From Nanobdellota archaeon (GTDB lineage Archaea; Nanobdellota; Nanobdellia; Pacearchaeales; GW2011-AR1): 64,000 bases of DNA. The position numbers and the translations under genes are program-made. A model generated the notes under the pieces. The model made no database searches and was not told the DNA's origin. It saw only the letters and a program-made list of their open reading frames with translations. The stretch is taken from contig JAGVNG010000017.1 of the NCBI GenBank assembly GCA_020053375.1, positions 26,780 through 90,779 on the forward strand. The letters run 5' to 3'. Of this stretch, positions 38,839-48,527 are shown piece by piece. Positions within the stretch are counted from its first letter, which is position 1, and every line of letters begins with the position of its first letter.

Positions 38839-39735
38839 ATGAATAAACAAAGTAATAAAGGATATAAAAACATAAGTTATCATAAACCAAAAGAATGTCC
38901 TTATTGTAAGAACAAGAACATTGTTAAGTTTGGATATAGATATAATTGCACGAAGAAAAAGCAACGTTGGAAATGTAAAGATTGTTTTAAACTCTGGGTT
39001 ATAGAAGATGGTTTTTGGAAGATGAAAAAGACAAGAGAGTTGATAACTCAATGTTTAAATTTGTATATGAACGGAATGTCTTTAAGGAAAGTTGCAAGGC
39101 ATATCAATCAATTTTCAGAAGTAAAGACGACTTATAGAAGCGTTCATAATTGGTTAATGAAGTATAGTTTTATGCTTAATCCTTTTTCTCAAACAATAGA
39201 TTATGATTTATCAAGAGTTTATCATGTTGATGAGATTTTTGTTAAGTGTAAGGGTGAACAACATTACTTTTGGGATATTATAGACAGAGATACAAGAGTT
39301 TTAGTTGCTAATCACTACTCAACTAAAAGAGATGGCAGGAGTGCAAGAACATTATTCTTGAAAGTCAAAAATCCACCAATGAGATTATTTTCTGATGGCT
39401 TGCAAGGATATAGAAAAGCATTTAGAAAAGTTTGGGGGCAGAAAACAAGAAGGCAGGATAGATTAATCTACACAAGATTAAAGCAAAGCCAAGATAGAAG
39501 AAATAACATAGTTGAAAGAATACAAGGAACAATCAGAGAAAGAGTAAAGGTTATGCGGGGATTTAAGGCAATTTGGAGTGCTAAAGCATTTCTTGAATTG
39601 TTTGCAGTCTATTATAACTTCTTGCGTTATCACGAAGGTATAGATAGCACACCAATAGAAAAAGCAGGAATTAACCTTAATCTCGAAGGCAACCAATGGC
39701 TAAATCTGATTTATAGGAGTAAGGGAATATTTTAA
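38839..39735 (+). mobile_element. IS6-family transposase gene with N-terminal zinc finger (IS ends not resolved)
   Basis: CPYCKN...CTKKKQRWKCKDC zinc finger, DDE-type core, C-terminal RNNIVERIQGTIRERVKVMRGFKAIWSAKAFLELF block characteristic of IS6/IS26-family transposases. Confidence 0.7.
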
Positions 39736-40182
39736 CTAAAATAATGAACCCTTAAAAACCGAATCCAATTTAATCAGAGAATCAAAATCAACTTTAAATA
39801 TAGAGCCCATATTAACATTGAGATTTATAGCAATATTCTTTCTCTCTTTAGATTTTGTAGGACTTTCTATCAATTCAATGCCCTCAGAAGTGCATTTTAT
39901 ATCTTTTCTAATTCCTGAAAGGTCTTTGTAAGAGTAAGTTATCAATCCTTTTTGCTCAAGAAATTCCATAGATTGTTTTACTCTTTCTTTATCAAAATCA
40001 CTAGCCTCAATAATCTTTAGTTGATTGGTCTTTTTTTCTTTGTAAATATATGCTAAGATTTTTATTGAATCTTCTATTATAGCCATATAATTTGATAATG
40101 GGTATTGTTTATAAGTTTTATTAAGATTCTCTTTATTGGTCTTTTCCGAAATATGTTTTAGTTTCAATCTTGTCTGCAACAA
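39736..40182 (-). CDS. Winged-helix protein (probable true start near 40086)
   Basis: ...KTNQLKIIEASDFDKERVKQSMEFLEQKGLITYSYKD... wHTH-like; stop codon abuts the transposase stop. Confidence 0.4.
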   Translation of the reverse strand: MLQTRLKLKHISEKTNKENLNKTYKQYPLSNYMAIIEDSIKILAYIYKEKKTNQLKIIEASDFDKERVKQSMEFLEQKGLITYSYKDLSGIRKDIKCTSEGIELIESPTKSKERKNIAINLNVNMGSIFKVDFDSLIKLDSVFKGSLF

Positions 40183-40789
40183 GCTCTAAACCATATTTAT
40201 CTAAATCATCACAGATGTCTTGAAAGTTTTCTTTAATAAACTTTAACGCCTCTTCAGAATTTATTTCTCCCTTTGGAAATTCTAGATGTTTCATTACTTC
40301 TAGAGCATAATTCTCTATATCTTCATCCTTTAGGTCTTCCCATTCATCTTCTTCTTCATTAATTTCATTTTCGTCAGGTCCGGACTCATAAGAATCTTTT
40401 GCATCTTCAAACCAGTTGGTTTTTATTTCAAAAAAGTGATTAACACCATTTAATGGGCAACTTAATATAAGAAAAGGAATTTCCCCTATATTTTGCTCTA
40501 AAATTCTTTCCGACTTAAAATTTTCTGGCTCAGTAACATCCTCATTTTTTACTTCCAAAGCACATAGATAAAACATTTTTACACCCATCTCTTTTGCTTG
40601 CTCTAAGAAAATTGCTAAATCCTCATCCCACTCTATTGCATTTTCTATATTCAACTTTCTTCTTGCAATATCGTAAAATTCTTCTAACATATCCTGTTCT
40701 TTATTTTTAATCTCAAATAATTTTATGCTATTCAATTTACAAAAATCTATTATCTTCTGTTTAACTGATTTTAAATTTTCATCACTCAT
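40133..40789 (-). CDS. Acidic hypothetical protein
   Basis: 218 aa, Asp/Glu-rich (DENEINEEEDEWEDLKDEDIENY); 8-nt overlap with upstream gene. Confidence 0.45.
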   Translation of the reverse strand: MSDENLKSVKQKIIDFCKLNSIKLFEIKNKEQDMLEEFYDIARRKLNIENAIEWDEDLAIFLEQAKEMGVKMFYLCALEVKNEDVTEPENFKSERILEQNIGEIPFLILSCPLNGVNHFFEIKTNWFEDAKDSYESGPDENEINEEEDEWEDLKDEDIENYALEVMKHLEFPKGEINSEEALKFIKENFQDICDDLDKYGLELVADKIETKTYFGKDQ

Positions 40790-41666
40790 CTTTTTTCTCC
40801 AAATCTTCTTCGTAGAGAGTTATTTCTTGCTTACAATGTGGGCAGTCTGTTTCAATACCTTCCTTTAAGTTATCTTCTTCATCTAATTCTAAGGTAATAA
40901 CTTTGCCACATTCAGGGCATACAAAATCTGTTTCTTCCTCTTCACCTTCTTCTGTTTTGTATTTTTTTAATTTCGGCACCTTACCTTTTACAGAAGAAAC
41001 TTTTTGTTCAATCGTATCATATAAGTCCTTTATGCTTGTATCTTCATTTGCCATATCTTTATCTGGGAGATTATCATCTGCAGTATCAATATTAATCTCC
41101 TTCCAACCAACTCTCTTTTTCTCAATAGTTTCCTTCAAACTTTTTTCCCTTTTTGTTAATTTGCTACTTCCTGTCTTTACTTCAACAAAAATGACTCGGT
41201 CAATTTTATCTTCATGCAAACCTTGAAAAACAATATAATCCACTGGTTGTCCTAAAAAGTGCATATCAGAAGGCTCATAAGGTAACTTTTTTAAGAAAGG
41301 GATAAATCTCTCAATGAATTTTCCGACTAAACTCCTTCTTGAACTAGAAACTGATTTTGACCTTATGATTTTTTCAGAGTCTTTGAATAATCTTTTTAAT
41401 TCTTCTATGTCTGAAATGTATTTAACCTGCCATTCTTTTGCCAATTTTTCTAAATGAGTTTTATTCTCCTCTTTAATCTTTTCTAATAGAGAATTACCTT
41501 TCTCTATTTTTACTTCATAATCCTTCTCAAGATTAGCTATTTTCTTTTCCCATTGAGCATTTAATACAGATTCTCTATCTCCAAATTTCTGTTTTTGTGT
41601 TAAATATCTCCCAATGAAATATCCTATAATCAAGGAAATAATGATAATAATTATCCATTCAATCAT
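40782..41666 (-). CDS. Membrane-anchored coiled-coil protein with PD-(D/E)xK nuclease-like domain and C-terminal zinc ribbon (RmuC-like architecture)
   Basis: N-terminal TM helix IIIIIISLIIGYFIG, long Lys/Glu coiled coil, VDYIVFQG...IDRVIFVEVKTGSSKLTKRE (D...E-V-K core), C-terminal CPECG...CPHCK. Confidence 0.5.
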   Translation of the reverse strand: MIEWIIIIIISLIIGYFIGRYLTQKQKFGDRESVLNAQWEKKIANLEKDYEVKIEKGNSLLEKIKEENKTHLEKLAKEWQVKYISDIEELKRLFKDSEKIIRSKSVSSSRRSLVGKFIERFIPFLKKLPYEPSDMHFLGQPVDYIVFQGLHEDKIDRVIFVEVKTGSSKLTKREKSLKETIEKKRVGWKEINIDTADDNLPDKDMANEDTSIKDLYDTIEQKVSSVKGKVPKLKKYKTEEGEEEETDFVCPECGKVITLELDEEDNLKEGIETDCPHCKQEITLYEEDLEKKDE

Positions 41667-41716
41667 AATTTTAACAAAGAAAGCTGTTATAAAAATTTAT
41701 CTAAAATAATTATTTT

Positions 41717-42016
41717 TCATTCCAAATACTTTTTTCTTGCGATTTTCTTCCTAGTCTTTTTACCCTTCCTTAATTCAGCTTTATCTAACTGAATATATAC
41801 AAAAACAAAAAAGGCTATTCCAATAAAGTAAATAACAAGTGGAATCATAAGTCCTACTTCTTCAGGTGGAAAAAGAAGAAAAGATATAATCAGAGAGGGT
41901 ATTATCCCAAATATGATCCAAATTATACATGACATAATAATAAATTCACTCCAACCCCAAGGATTATCAGAAACATAGCTATTATAATATATTGGATTAG
42001 GGTGATTCCATCCCAT
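41717..42016 (-). CDS. Small membrane protein (2 TM)
   Basis: Two hydrophobic helices, basic C-terminus. Confidence 0.4.
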   Translation of the reverse strand: MGWNHPNPIYYNSYVSDNPWGWSEFIIMSCIIWIIFGIIPSLIISFLLFPPEEVGLMIPLVIYFIGIAFFVFVYIQLDKAELRKGKKTRKKIARKKYLE

Positions 42017-42084
42017 CTTGTTCTAATTAGTTCATTGTTTTTATTTGTTTAGGTCTTTTAGAGAATTAGAAAGTTTTAAATTAA

Positions 42085-42378
42085 TCAACCGATAACTTCA
42101 CAGAACCTAAGAAAGTTATCTTTAAGAGGATTGCCTTCAAGTGAAACAAAATTAATTTTTTTATTTTTTAGGTAAAATTTCTCCTGCTGAGATTTTATTA
42201 TTTCCTCAGCCTGTTCATAGTTTATTACATTGCCAGAAAATTTGGTTGTGATGAAATTTAAAACTAGAGAAGATTCTGCATAGATACATAGAGCTAATAA
42301 TGATTTGAGTACTAATTTTTTGATGTTCTTTCTAACTTTTGTCATATATTTTGTATCAAACCCTCTATATTTAAGCAT
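42085..42378 (-). CDS. Hypothetical small protein with hydrophobic N-terminal segment
   Basis: 97-aa ORF. Confidence 0.35.
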   Translation of the reverse strand: MLKYRGFDTKYMTKVRKNIKKLVLKSLLALCIYAESSLVLNFITTKFSGNVINYEQAEEIIKSQQEKFYLKNKKINFVSLEGNPLKDNFLRFCEVIG

Positions 42379-42408
42379 TTATGAAATAAACATTGATAGA
42401 AGGAGCAT

Positions 42409-43080
42409 TTATGCTATTTTTGCCTGTTCTAACTTTGCGGAGGCATTTTTCCAGGTGGCCCATGTTTTTCTGAACAAGCCTTCATCTTTGTATTTATGGG
42501 CGTGCTTTTCCAGGAATTTAATAGTGTATGGGTCAGAGGCATAACCTGAGCCTATCTCATGTCCGTATTTCTCTTTCAAAAGGGTCATTTCCTTCTCACG
42601 AACATCTTTTGCTATTATTGATGCTGCCGAGACTGCGACATGATTTACGTCTGCCTTGTGCTCGCAAACAACTTCAAGATTTGACAAGTCATTTATTTTT
42701 GTCTGCAGAAAATCCCTCCACTTGTTTATTCCTGTTGACGGGCAATCGAGAACAACTTTTATTCTATCATATCCCTTGTTTATCCTGTTTATTATTTCCG
42801 CGCATGCTATTGCTTCTACTTCATTTAGTTTTGTTCCACTTAAATTATTGCTTTCAATTTCGTCGGGATAAACAATAACAACCTCAAAGTTCTCTGCTTT
42901 CTCTCTTATGACATCAGCCAAAAAAGCTCTTCGTTTTGGAGTAAGCTGTTTGCTGTCTTTAACCCCAATCTTTTTGAATTCTTTTTCCATCTCATCATTA
43001 ATAAGGCATCCCGCAAGAACCATTGGACCAATCACAGGCCCTCTCCCTGCATCATCTATCCCGAGAATTAATTGAGACAT
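42409..43080 (-). CDS. rnhB: Ribonuclease HII
   Basis: LGIDDAGRGPVIGPMVLAG N-terminal motif and length (223 aa). Confidence 0.9.
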   Translation of the reverse strand: MSQLILGIDDAGRGPVIGPMVLAGCLINDEMEKEFKKIGVKDSKQLTPKRRAFLADVIREKAENFEVVIVYPDEIESNNLSGTKLNEVEAIACAEIINRINKGYDRIKVVLDCPSTGINKWRDFLQTKINDLSNLEVVCEHKADVNHVAVSAASIIAKDVREKEMTLLKEKYGHEIGSGYASDPYTIKFLEKHAHKYKDEGLFRKTWATWKNASAKLEQAKIA

Positions 43081-43160
43081 AAGCTAAAGAAAAATTCATT
43101 CATTTTTAAGCATTTCTAACTTCTTGAGAATGGTTTTATATTTATAAAAAAATAGCAATA

Positions 43161-43241
43161 CGCCCAGTGCAGGAATCGAACCTGCGAACCCCGAAGGGTC
43201 AAGGTTAGCAACCTTGTGCAATACCACTTTGCGAACTGGGC
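43161..43241 (-). tRNA. tRNA-Ser (anticodon GCU), class II with long variable arm
   Basis: Reverse complement: GCCCAGT acceptor, CAAGG-TTGCTAA-CCTTG anticodon arm, 14-nt variable arm with CCC/GGG stem, GCAGG-TTCGATT-CCTGC T-arm. Confidence 0.8.
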
Positions 43242-43303
43242 ATATAATGGCCTAAATTTTCTATCATATAAATCTTTATAAATTATTTGATTTAAATATT
43301 AGA

Positions 43304-43612
43304 ATGACCACAGTAGAAGCAAAAGTTGAATTATCTGAAGAACAAAAGCAGGAGAATCTTAAAGTAAGAGATCGTTTTGCTGAATGGAAAAAAGGCACTT
43401 TGACATCAATTCAGCAACATAAAAATCAGATATCAGAGCTTGAAGAAGAAATAAAGGATATGAGGCCTATTCTTAAGGATTGCACAACAAAAGCAGTTTG
43501 CAATTTATGTGATATTTACAGCATGAAATACAATAGTGATGAAATCCATGATGATGGTTTACATCATGTATACAATTGTTTAATATGCGGATCAAGACAA
43601 AGTTATACCTAA
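43304..43612 (+). CDS. Hypothetical Cys-containing protein
   Basis: 102 aa; CNLC...CLICG. Confidence 0.4.
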   Translation: MTTVEAKVELSEEQKQENLKVRDRFAEWKKGTLTSIQQHKNQISELEEEIKDMRPILKDCTTKAVCNLCDIYSMKYNSDEIHDDGLHHVYNCLICGSRQSYT

Positions 43613-43675
43613 TCTTCTTTCTAATATTTTCTTATCCAGAAACCTTTAAAAGCGACTGAACATAAAATTCATTAT

Positions 43676-43750
43676 AGCAGCGTGGAGGAGCCTGGAGTCC
43701 TCACCGGGCCCATAACCCGGGGATCGGTAGTTCAAATCTACCCGCTGCTA
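43676..43750 (+). tRNA. Initiator tRNA-Met (anticodon CAU)
   Basis: AGCAGCG acceptor with A1:U72, anticodon stem with three consecutive G:C pairs (CCGGG-CCCATAA-CCCGG), GGTAG-TTCAAAT-CTACC T-arm: archaeal initiator features. Confidence 0.8.
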
Positions 43751-43841
43751 CTTTTATTTTTGGCTAAAAATCAAACATTTTTTAAATTGCTTCTGACTTA
43801 ATATTACATAAAAAGAGGTTTTGTTAACTGATTAAATTAAA

Positions 43842-45680
43842 ATGGCAGATGAAGATGACGAGGAGAATTTTATTCCCCTGACTAAGGAAAAAAGGGCGAA
43901 TATACTCTATAGCTTCAAGGTCTACCTTGGTTTCCTGAAAAACTATAAGGTTTTGTCTGGAATTATCCTTCTTCTTGTATTCTTTCTAGAGGCTAGGCAT
44001 ATTGCGGAAAGTTATTTATTTAAGGTCTTAGTGGATGACGGGACTTCGTTTGCGGCAGGAACGCTTCTTCGGGATGAATTTTTAAGCATATTGCTGATGT
44101 TGCTTGGTGTTTTCGCAATAATCGTTTTTTCAGGTTTTGTAGGAAGATGGATTGAGCAGCATCTCGTTAATGTTCTTGAATCAAAGCTTATAATTGATTT
44201 GAAGAAGAAATACTTTGACCATCTCATTGAACTGGATTATGGATTCCATGTTACAAACAAAACGGGGAATGTAATCTCAAGGCTGTCCAGAGGAAGCGAT
44301 GCGATGGAAAAAATAACAGATGTCATGACTTATAACATTGCTTCTGTTGTCTTCAGCTTCATTGGGGTTATGGCAAGTCTGATTTACTTTGATCTTACAT
44401 CTGCAATAGTCACTTTAGGCGTAGTTTCAGTGTTCGTTACTTTTAGTTATTATATGCAGAAAATTGCGCAGGAGTCAAATGTGCTTGCAAATGACGCGGA
44501 AGACATTGAAAAAGGAAATATCTCAGATATTTTCACAAACGTGGAATCAGTAAAGTATTATGGGAAGGAAAAAGTCGTCGAGAAGAAATTTGAGAACATT
44601 ATCAATGCAACAAAAGACGCTTTCATGAAAAATTGGGGATATTACAGATGGCTTGATTCAGCAAACAGCATAATTATCGGAATAGGAACATTCCTTCTTT
44701 TATTCTTCCCAATCATGAGGTTCTTGAATGGTGAGCTTGACCTTGGAACAATAGTCTTCATTTATTCAGTCTATGGGTTGCTTGTTGAGCCTTTATATGA
44801 ATTTATCTACGGATTGAGGAGTGTTTATAGTGCAATGGCAGACTTCCAGTCTCTCTTTGAATATGGAAAAATTGAGAAAAAGATTATAGATAAGCCAGGC
44901 GCGCAGAAAATGGTAATAGATGAAGGGGAGGTTGAATTTAAGAATGTATCATTTAATTATGGAAAGAGAAAAATATTTGACAATTTCAATTTGAAAATAC
45001 CAAAGAACAACAAGGTTGCATTGGTTGGACATTCAGGTTCAGGAAAAACAACTTTAGTCAAACTCCTCTACAGATTTTATAATATAAACGCAGGAGAGAT
45101 ACTCATTGATGGAAAAGATATAAGAGATTTCAAACAGGATTCATTGAGAAGCGAGATGTCCATTGTCCCTCAAGAATGCATTTTATTTGATGACACTATC
45201 TACAATAATATCTTGTTCTCAAATCCTTCCGCTTCCAAGGAAGAGGTTATGCGGGCAATAAAATTCGCACAATTGGACAAAGTGATAGACCGATTTGCCA
45301 AGAAGGAATATACAATCGTTGGGGAAAGGGGAATCAAACTATCTGGTGGAGAGAAACAAAGAGTTTCAATTGCTAGAGCAATACTTGCAGACAAGAGGAT
45401 ATTAGTATTGGACGAAGCAACAAGTGCTTTGGACAGCGAGACTGAATTTGAGATACAGAAGGACCTTGCCAAGCTGATGAAGGGAAGAACCTCAATAATT
45501 ATTGCCCATAGATTATCCACAATTATGGAAGCAGATAAGATTATAGTTTTAAAAAACGGAGAGATTGTACAGCAGGGAAAACATTCCCAACTTATAAACC
45601 AACCAGGCGATTACAAGAAATTCTGGAATCTTCAAAAAGGTGGATATTTGAAGAAAAAGACCTTGACTGAAAATATTTAA
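43842..45680 (+). CDS. ABC exporter, fused permease/ATPase (MsbA-like)
   Basis: N-terminal 6-TM region; Walker A GHSGSGKTT, signature LSGGEKQRVSIARA, Walker B ILVLDEATSALD. Confidence 0.85.
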   Translation: MADEDDEENFIPLTKEKRANILYSFKVYLGFLKNYKVLSGIILLLVFFLEARHIAESYLFKVLVDDGTSFAAGTLLRDEFLSILLMLLGVFAIIVFSGFVGRWIEQHLVNVLESKLIIDLKKKYFDHLIELDYGFHVTNKTGNVISRLSRGSDAMEKITDVMTYNIASVVFSFIGVMASLIYFDLTSAIVTLGVVSVFVTFSYYMQKIAQESNVLANDAEDIEKGNISDIFTNVESVKYYGKEKVVEKKFENIINATKDAFMKNWGYYRWLDSANSIIIGIGTFLLLFFPIMRFLNGELDLGTIVFIYSVYGLLVEPLYEFIYGLRSVYSAMADFQSLFEYGKIEKKIIDKPGAQKMVIDEGEVEFKNVSFNYGKRKIFDNFNLKIPKNNKVALVGHSGSGKTTLVKLLYRFYNINAGEILIDGKDIRDFKQDSLRSEMSIVPQECILFDDTIYNNILFSNPSASKEEVMRAIKFAQLDKVIDRFAKKEYTIVGERGIKLSGGEKQRVSIARAILADKRILVLDEATSALDSETEFEIQKDLAKLMKGRTSIIIAHRLSTIMEADKIIVLKNGEIVQQGKHSQLINQPGDYKKFWNLQKGGYLKKKTLTENI

Positions 45681-45721
45681 AAATACATTTTCAATAATAT
45701 ATTAAGTAAAAAAGAGGAAAT

Positions 45722-46879
45722 ATGAAATTTGACTTCATTGTTATAGGCGCTACGGGGATGCAGGGAAGGATAGTAACGCGGGATTTGGTTGAAAATGGAT
45801 ATTCTGTTCTTATGTGCGGACGTGACCAGAGCAGGATAGAGCACTTTTTGAGAAAATATGGAAATAAGGTTGCTTTCGTCTATCTTGACTTAACAAATCA
45901 GAAATCAGCCGAAAAAGTGATAAGAAACTCAGGAGCAAAAGTTGCGGTAAACTGCGCTGAGGGAGACTGGAACTTTGAGGCATTGGAAATGTTCGCGAAT
46001 TGTGGGATTCATTCTATTGATTTAGGTTCTGATATTCCAATACTGAAAAAACAGCTGGCTATGAATCATGAATTAAAGAAAAAGGGACTAATACATATAA
46101 CAGGATGCGGCTCTGTTCCTGGAATTGGGAATGTTATGCTTAATTACGCAGACAAGAGATTTGATACAATTGATACAGTAAAAGTCGGCTTTGCATGGAC
46201 TTCAAATATGCCAAAATTTGTGGTGCCTTTTTCAATGGAAAGCATCCTGGAAGAATTTACAATGAATGCGCCTTATCTGCACCATAGCAAAACAATTAGA
46301 GTAAAGCCAACAGATTCTATAGTGAGAGTTTATCACAAAGGTGTTGGAAGAGAAGACCAATTTAATGTAGGACATCATCCTGAAACATACACATTTTATC
46401 AATTTTGCAAGAAGAAAGGAGTGAAAAATATTGAATTTTATGCGGGCTTCCCTGATCATTCGATGAAATTTATAGAGATGCTTGTTGAACTGGGTTTTGC
46501 AGACAAAAAGCCAGTTTATTTTAAGGGAATGAAAATAGTACCAGATGAATTTCTTACTGAAATGCTGAAAAAGCTGAAATTTCCAAGGGGATATACTGAA
46601 ACAGAGAATCTTTGGATTTACATAGAGGGAAAGCATAAAGGAAAAAAGAAGGAAATAATGATGGAATGCATTGTTCCTCCATTGAAAGGATGGGAAGATG
46701 CTGGCTGCAATATAGACACAGGCATGCCTGCAAGCATAATGGCACAGATGATTTTCAAGGGAATAATCAACAAGCCGGGAAGTTATTCACCAGAGGACAT
46801 TGTTCCTGTTGAGCCGTTTTTCGCAGAATTAAGAAAACGAAATATGCTTGTGTATGAGAATGGGAAGGTTATTAATTAA
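45722..46879 (+). CDS. Saccharopine dehydrogenase-like NAD(P)-binding oxidoreductase
   Basis: N-terminal Rossmann FIVIGATGMQGRIV; ~385 aa typical of the saccharopine/carboxynorspermidine dehydrogenase family. Confidence 0.5.
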   Translation: MKFDFIVIGATGMQGRIVTRDLVENGYSVLMCGRDQSRIEHFLRKYGNKVAFVYLDLTNQKSAEKVIRNSGAKVAVNCAEGDWNFEALEMFANCGIHSIDLGSDIPILKKQLAMNHELKKKGLIHITGCGSVPGIGNVMLNYADKRFDTIDTVKVGFAWTSNMPKFVVPFSMESILEEFTMNAPYLHHSKTIRVKPTDSIVRVYHKGVGREDQFNVGHHPETYTFYQFCKKKGVKNIEFYAGFPDHSMKFIEMLVELGFADKKPVYFKGMKIVPDEFLTEMLKKLKFPRGYTETENLWIYIEGKHKGKKKEIMMECIVPPLKGWEDAGCNIDTGMPASIMAQMIFKGIINKPGSYSPEDIVPVEPFFAELRKRNMLVYENGKVIN

Positions 46880-46987
46880 GAAGAGTGCAGTTTAATGAAT
46901 GACGAATAAGAATTCTAACGTTAGAATTAATTTAGCAGCTGGTTTTATTAGTTAACAATCTTTTAAATATCAATAAACCAAACAGGA

Positions 46988-47818
46988 TTATTTTTTAATA
47001 TCACTCGTCTTCTTTGAGTTAAGATAAAGCTTATCCAAAATTCCCTTTAAAATTTTCCTATGCTCCTCATTTCCCAAGCCCTTCCAGTCAAGAAGAACAA
47101 AATCAATTTCTTCCTCTGTTTTTTGTATTGCTTCCTTGACCATCTCCTCTGTCAGCGGAAAAACATATTGGGATATAACATGAGAGATTGCAATATTTGA
47201 AGATGCCTGAATCTTATTGAAATTGGGGCAGTAATGAGGACCTCCAATCGCTATTACAACTTCATTGTAAGGATTTGGCTTGAACTCTTCTATGGCTTCT
47301 GATATTGCCTTCGCAACCACAAAACCTGCTTTGTTATCCCTCCATTCATTTTCTGTCGAGCCTATTTCTGCAAAAAGGCACGGCTTGTCTATTAAAGGAC
47401 CATGATGAGTTGCTTCCATTGTCAAATCATAATCACGAAGATGATATTTTTCAGCATTCTCAATCAGTTTTTCAAACAATTGCTTCTGAAACATTGCAGA
47501 TGTCCTGCATAACTTGCCTTTTTCTCCGCCAAACCTTGCCTCTCTGAAATTTCCGGGTGCATGGACTGTAAGAGACTTTTCTCCTTTTTCGGACTCGTGC
47601 TTTGAGGCAAAGATTATGAAGTCATATTGATTTATCCGGTCTAAGTCAAGGCTGCGGGTCTGGATTATTTCATCTTCAACCAGATAAAAATCAAATGAAG
47701 GAGTTTTTTTTAATGATGAGAAGAGAGGGTTTTCTCTGAACTGGCTTAACTGGGTGGTTATGTTTATTCCAGCCCTGTCTTTCTTGCTTGCAACTACAAG
47801 ATATTTTTCATATGACAT
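46988..47818 (-). CDS. dtdA: Archaeal-type D-aminoacyl-tRNA deacylase (DtdA)
   Basis: EATHHGP, IGGPHYCP and DWKG blocks match the archaeal DTD family; 276 aa. Confidence 0.8.
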   Translation of the reverse strand: MSYEKYLVVASKKDRAGINITTQLSQFRENPLFSSLKKTPSFDFYLVEDEIIQTRSLDLDRINQYDFIIFASKHESEKGEKSLTVHAPGNFREARFGGEKGKLCRTSAMFQKQLFEKLIENAEKYHLRDYDLTMEATHHGPLIDKPCLFAEIGSTENEWRDNKAGFVVAKAISEAIEEFKPNPYNEVVIAIGGPHYCPNFNKIQASSNIAISHVISQYVFPLTEEMVKEAIQKTEEEIDFVLLDWKGLGNEEHRKILKGILDKLYLNSKKTSDIKK

Positions 47819-47966
47819 GGAGTTAGAAAAATATCTTAGGTTTTAAAGTTTATTGGGATAAGATAGTAATTAAATAAGGATCTTAAAAAATTAGTATGAT
47901 AATCATTTTTACAGACTGTTATATCTCAACATTAAATTATTTAAAGCATTTGTCCCTAAATATAAA

Positions 47967-48209
47967 ATGCAGGAAATGCTAAAAATATTCATTGGAATCG
48001 CAGTTTTGCTTCTTGGCATTCCAATCGGCTCTTATCTTGCCAAAAAGACAAAGGAAGAATTAAAACAGGGAAGAAAGTGGTTCAAGAGAATAGTCGAGGT
48101 AAGCCTGATAGGTTCGGTGATTTCACTGATAATAAAAAACGACTTCTTATTTTTTAGCCTTTTGTTTATTGCCGTTGTTACGAGCAGAAGTCTGAAGCAG
48201 AGAAGATAA
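47967..48209 (+). CDS. Small membrane protein
   Basis: 80 aa, two hydrophobic segments. Confidence 0.35.
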   Translation: MQEMLKIFIGIAVLLLGIPIGSYLAKKTKEELKQGRKWFKRIVEVSLIGSVISLIIKNDFLFFSLLFIAVVTSRSLKQRR

Positions 48210-48527
48210 ATCATAAGGTTTTCTTTCTATTGTGCCTTCAAGGGATTTTACTTGCGGGGGAAGTCTGCTTAGAAGAGTAACGCCCGGTCTTTTTCTTAGA
48301 TAGGTTAGTTCAGTTTTGATAAAATTTTCATCTAGAGAATGCATTTTAGAGCAGCCATTTTTAAGATGCCCCTTATATGCAATGATATAAACAGGCTGGT
48401 TTTTCCTTGAACTTTCCATTGAGTTATCTATTTCTATATATACGAAAGCTTGCATTAGTGATAAAATTTTTATCGGTTTAAAAACCTTGTCATATAAGAA
48501 AGAGTTTTTAAATTTGATTTTCCTGAG

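Noticed and set aside
38745-38840. Terminal inverted repeats of the IS6 element
   Set aside because: Only a weak aaagtt... match between the two ends. This is insufficient to define the boundaries of the insertion sequence.
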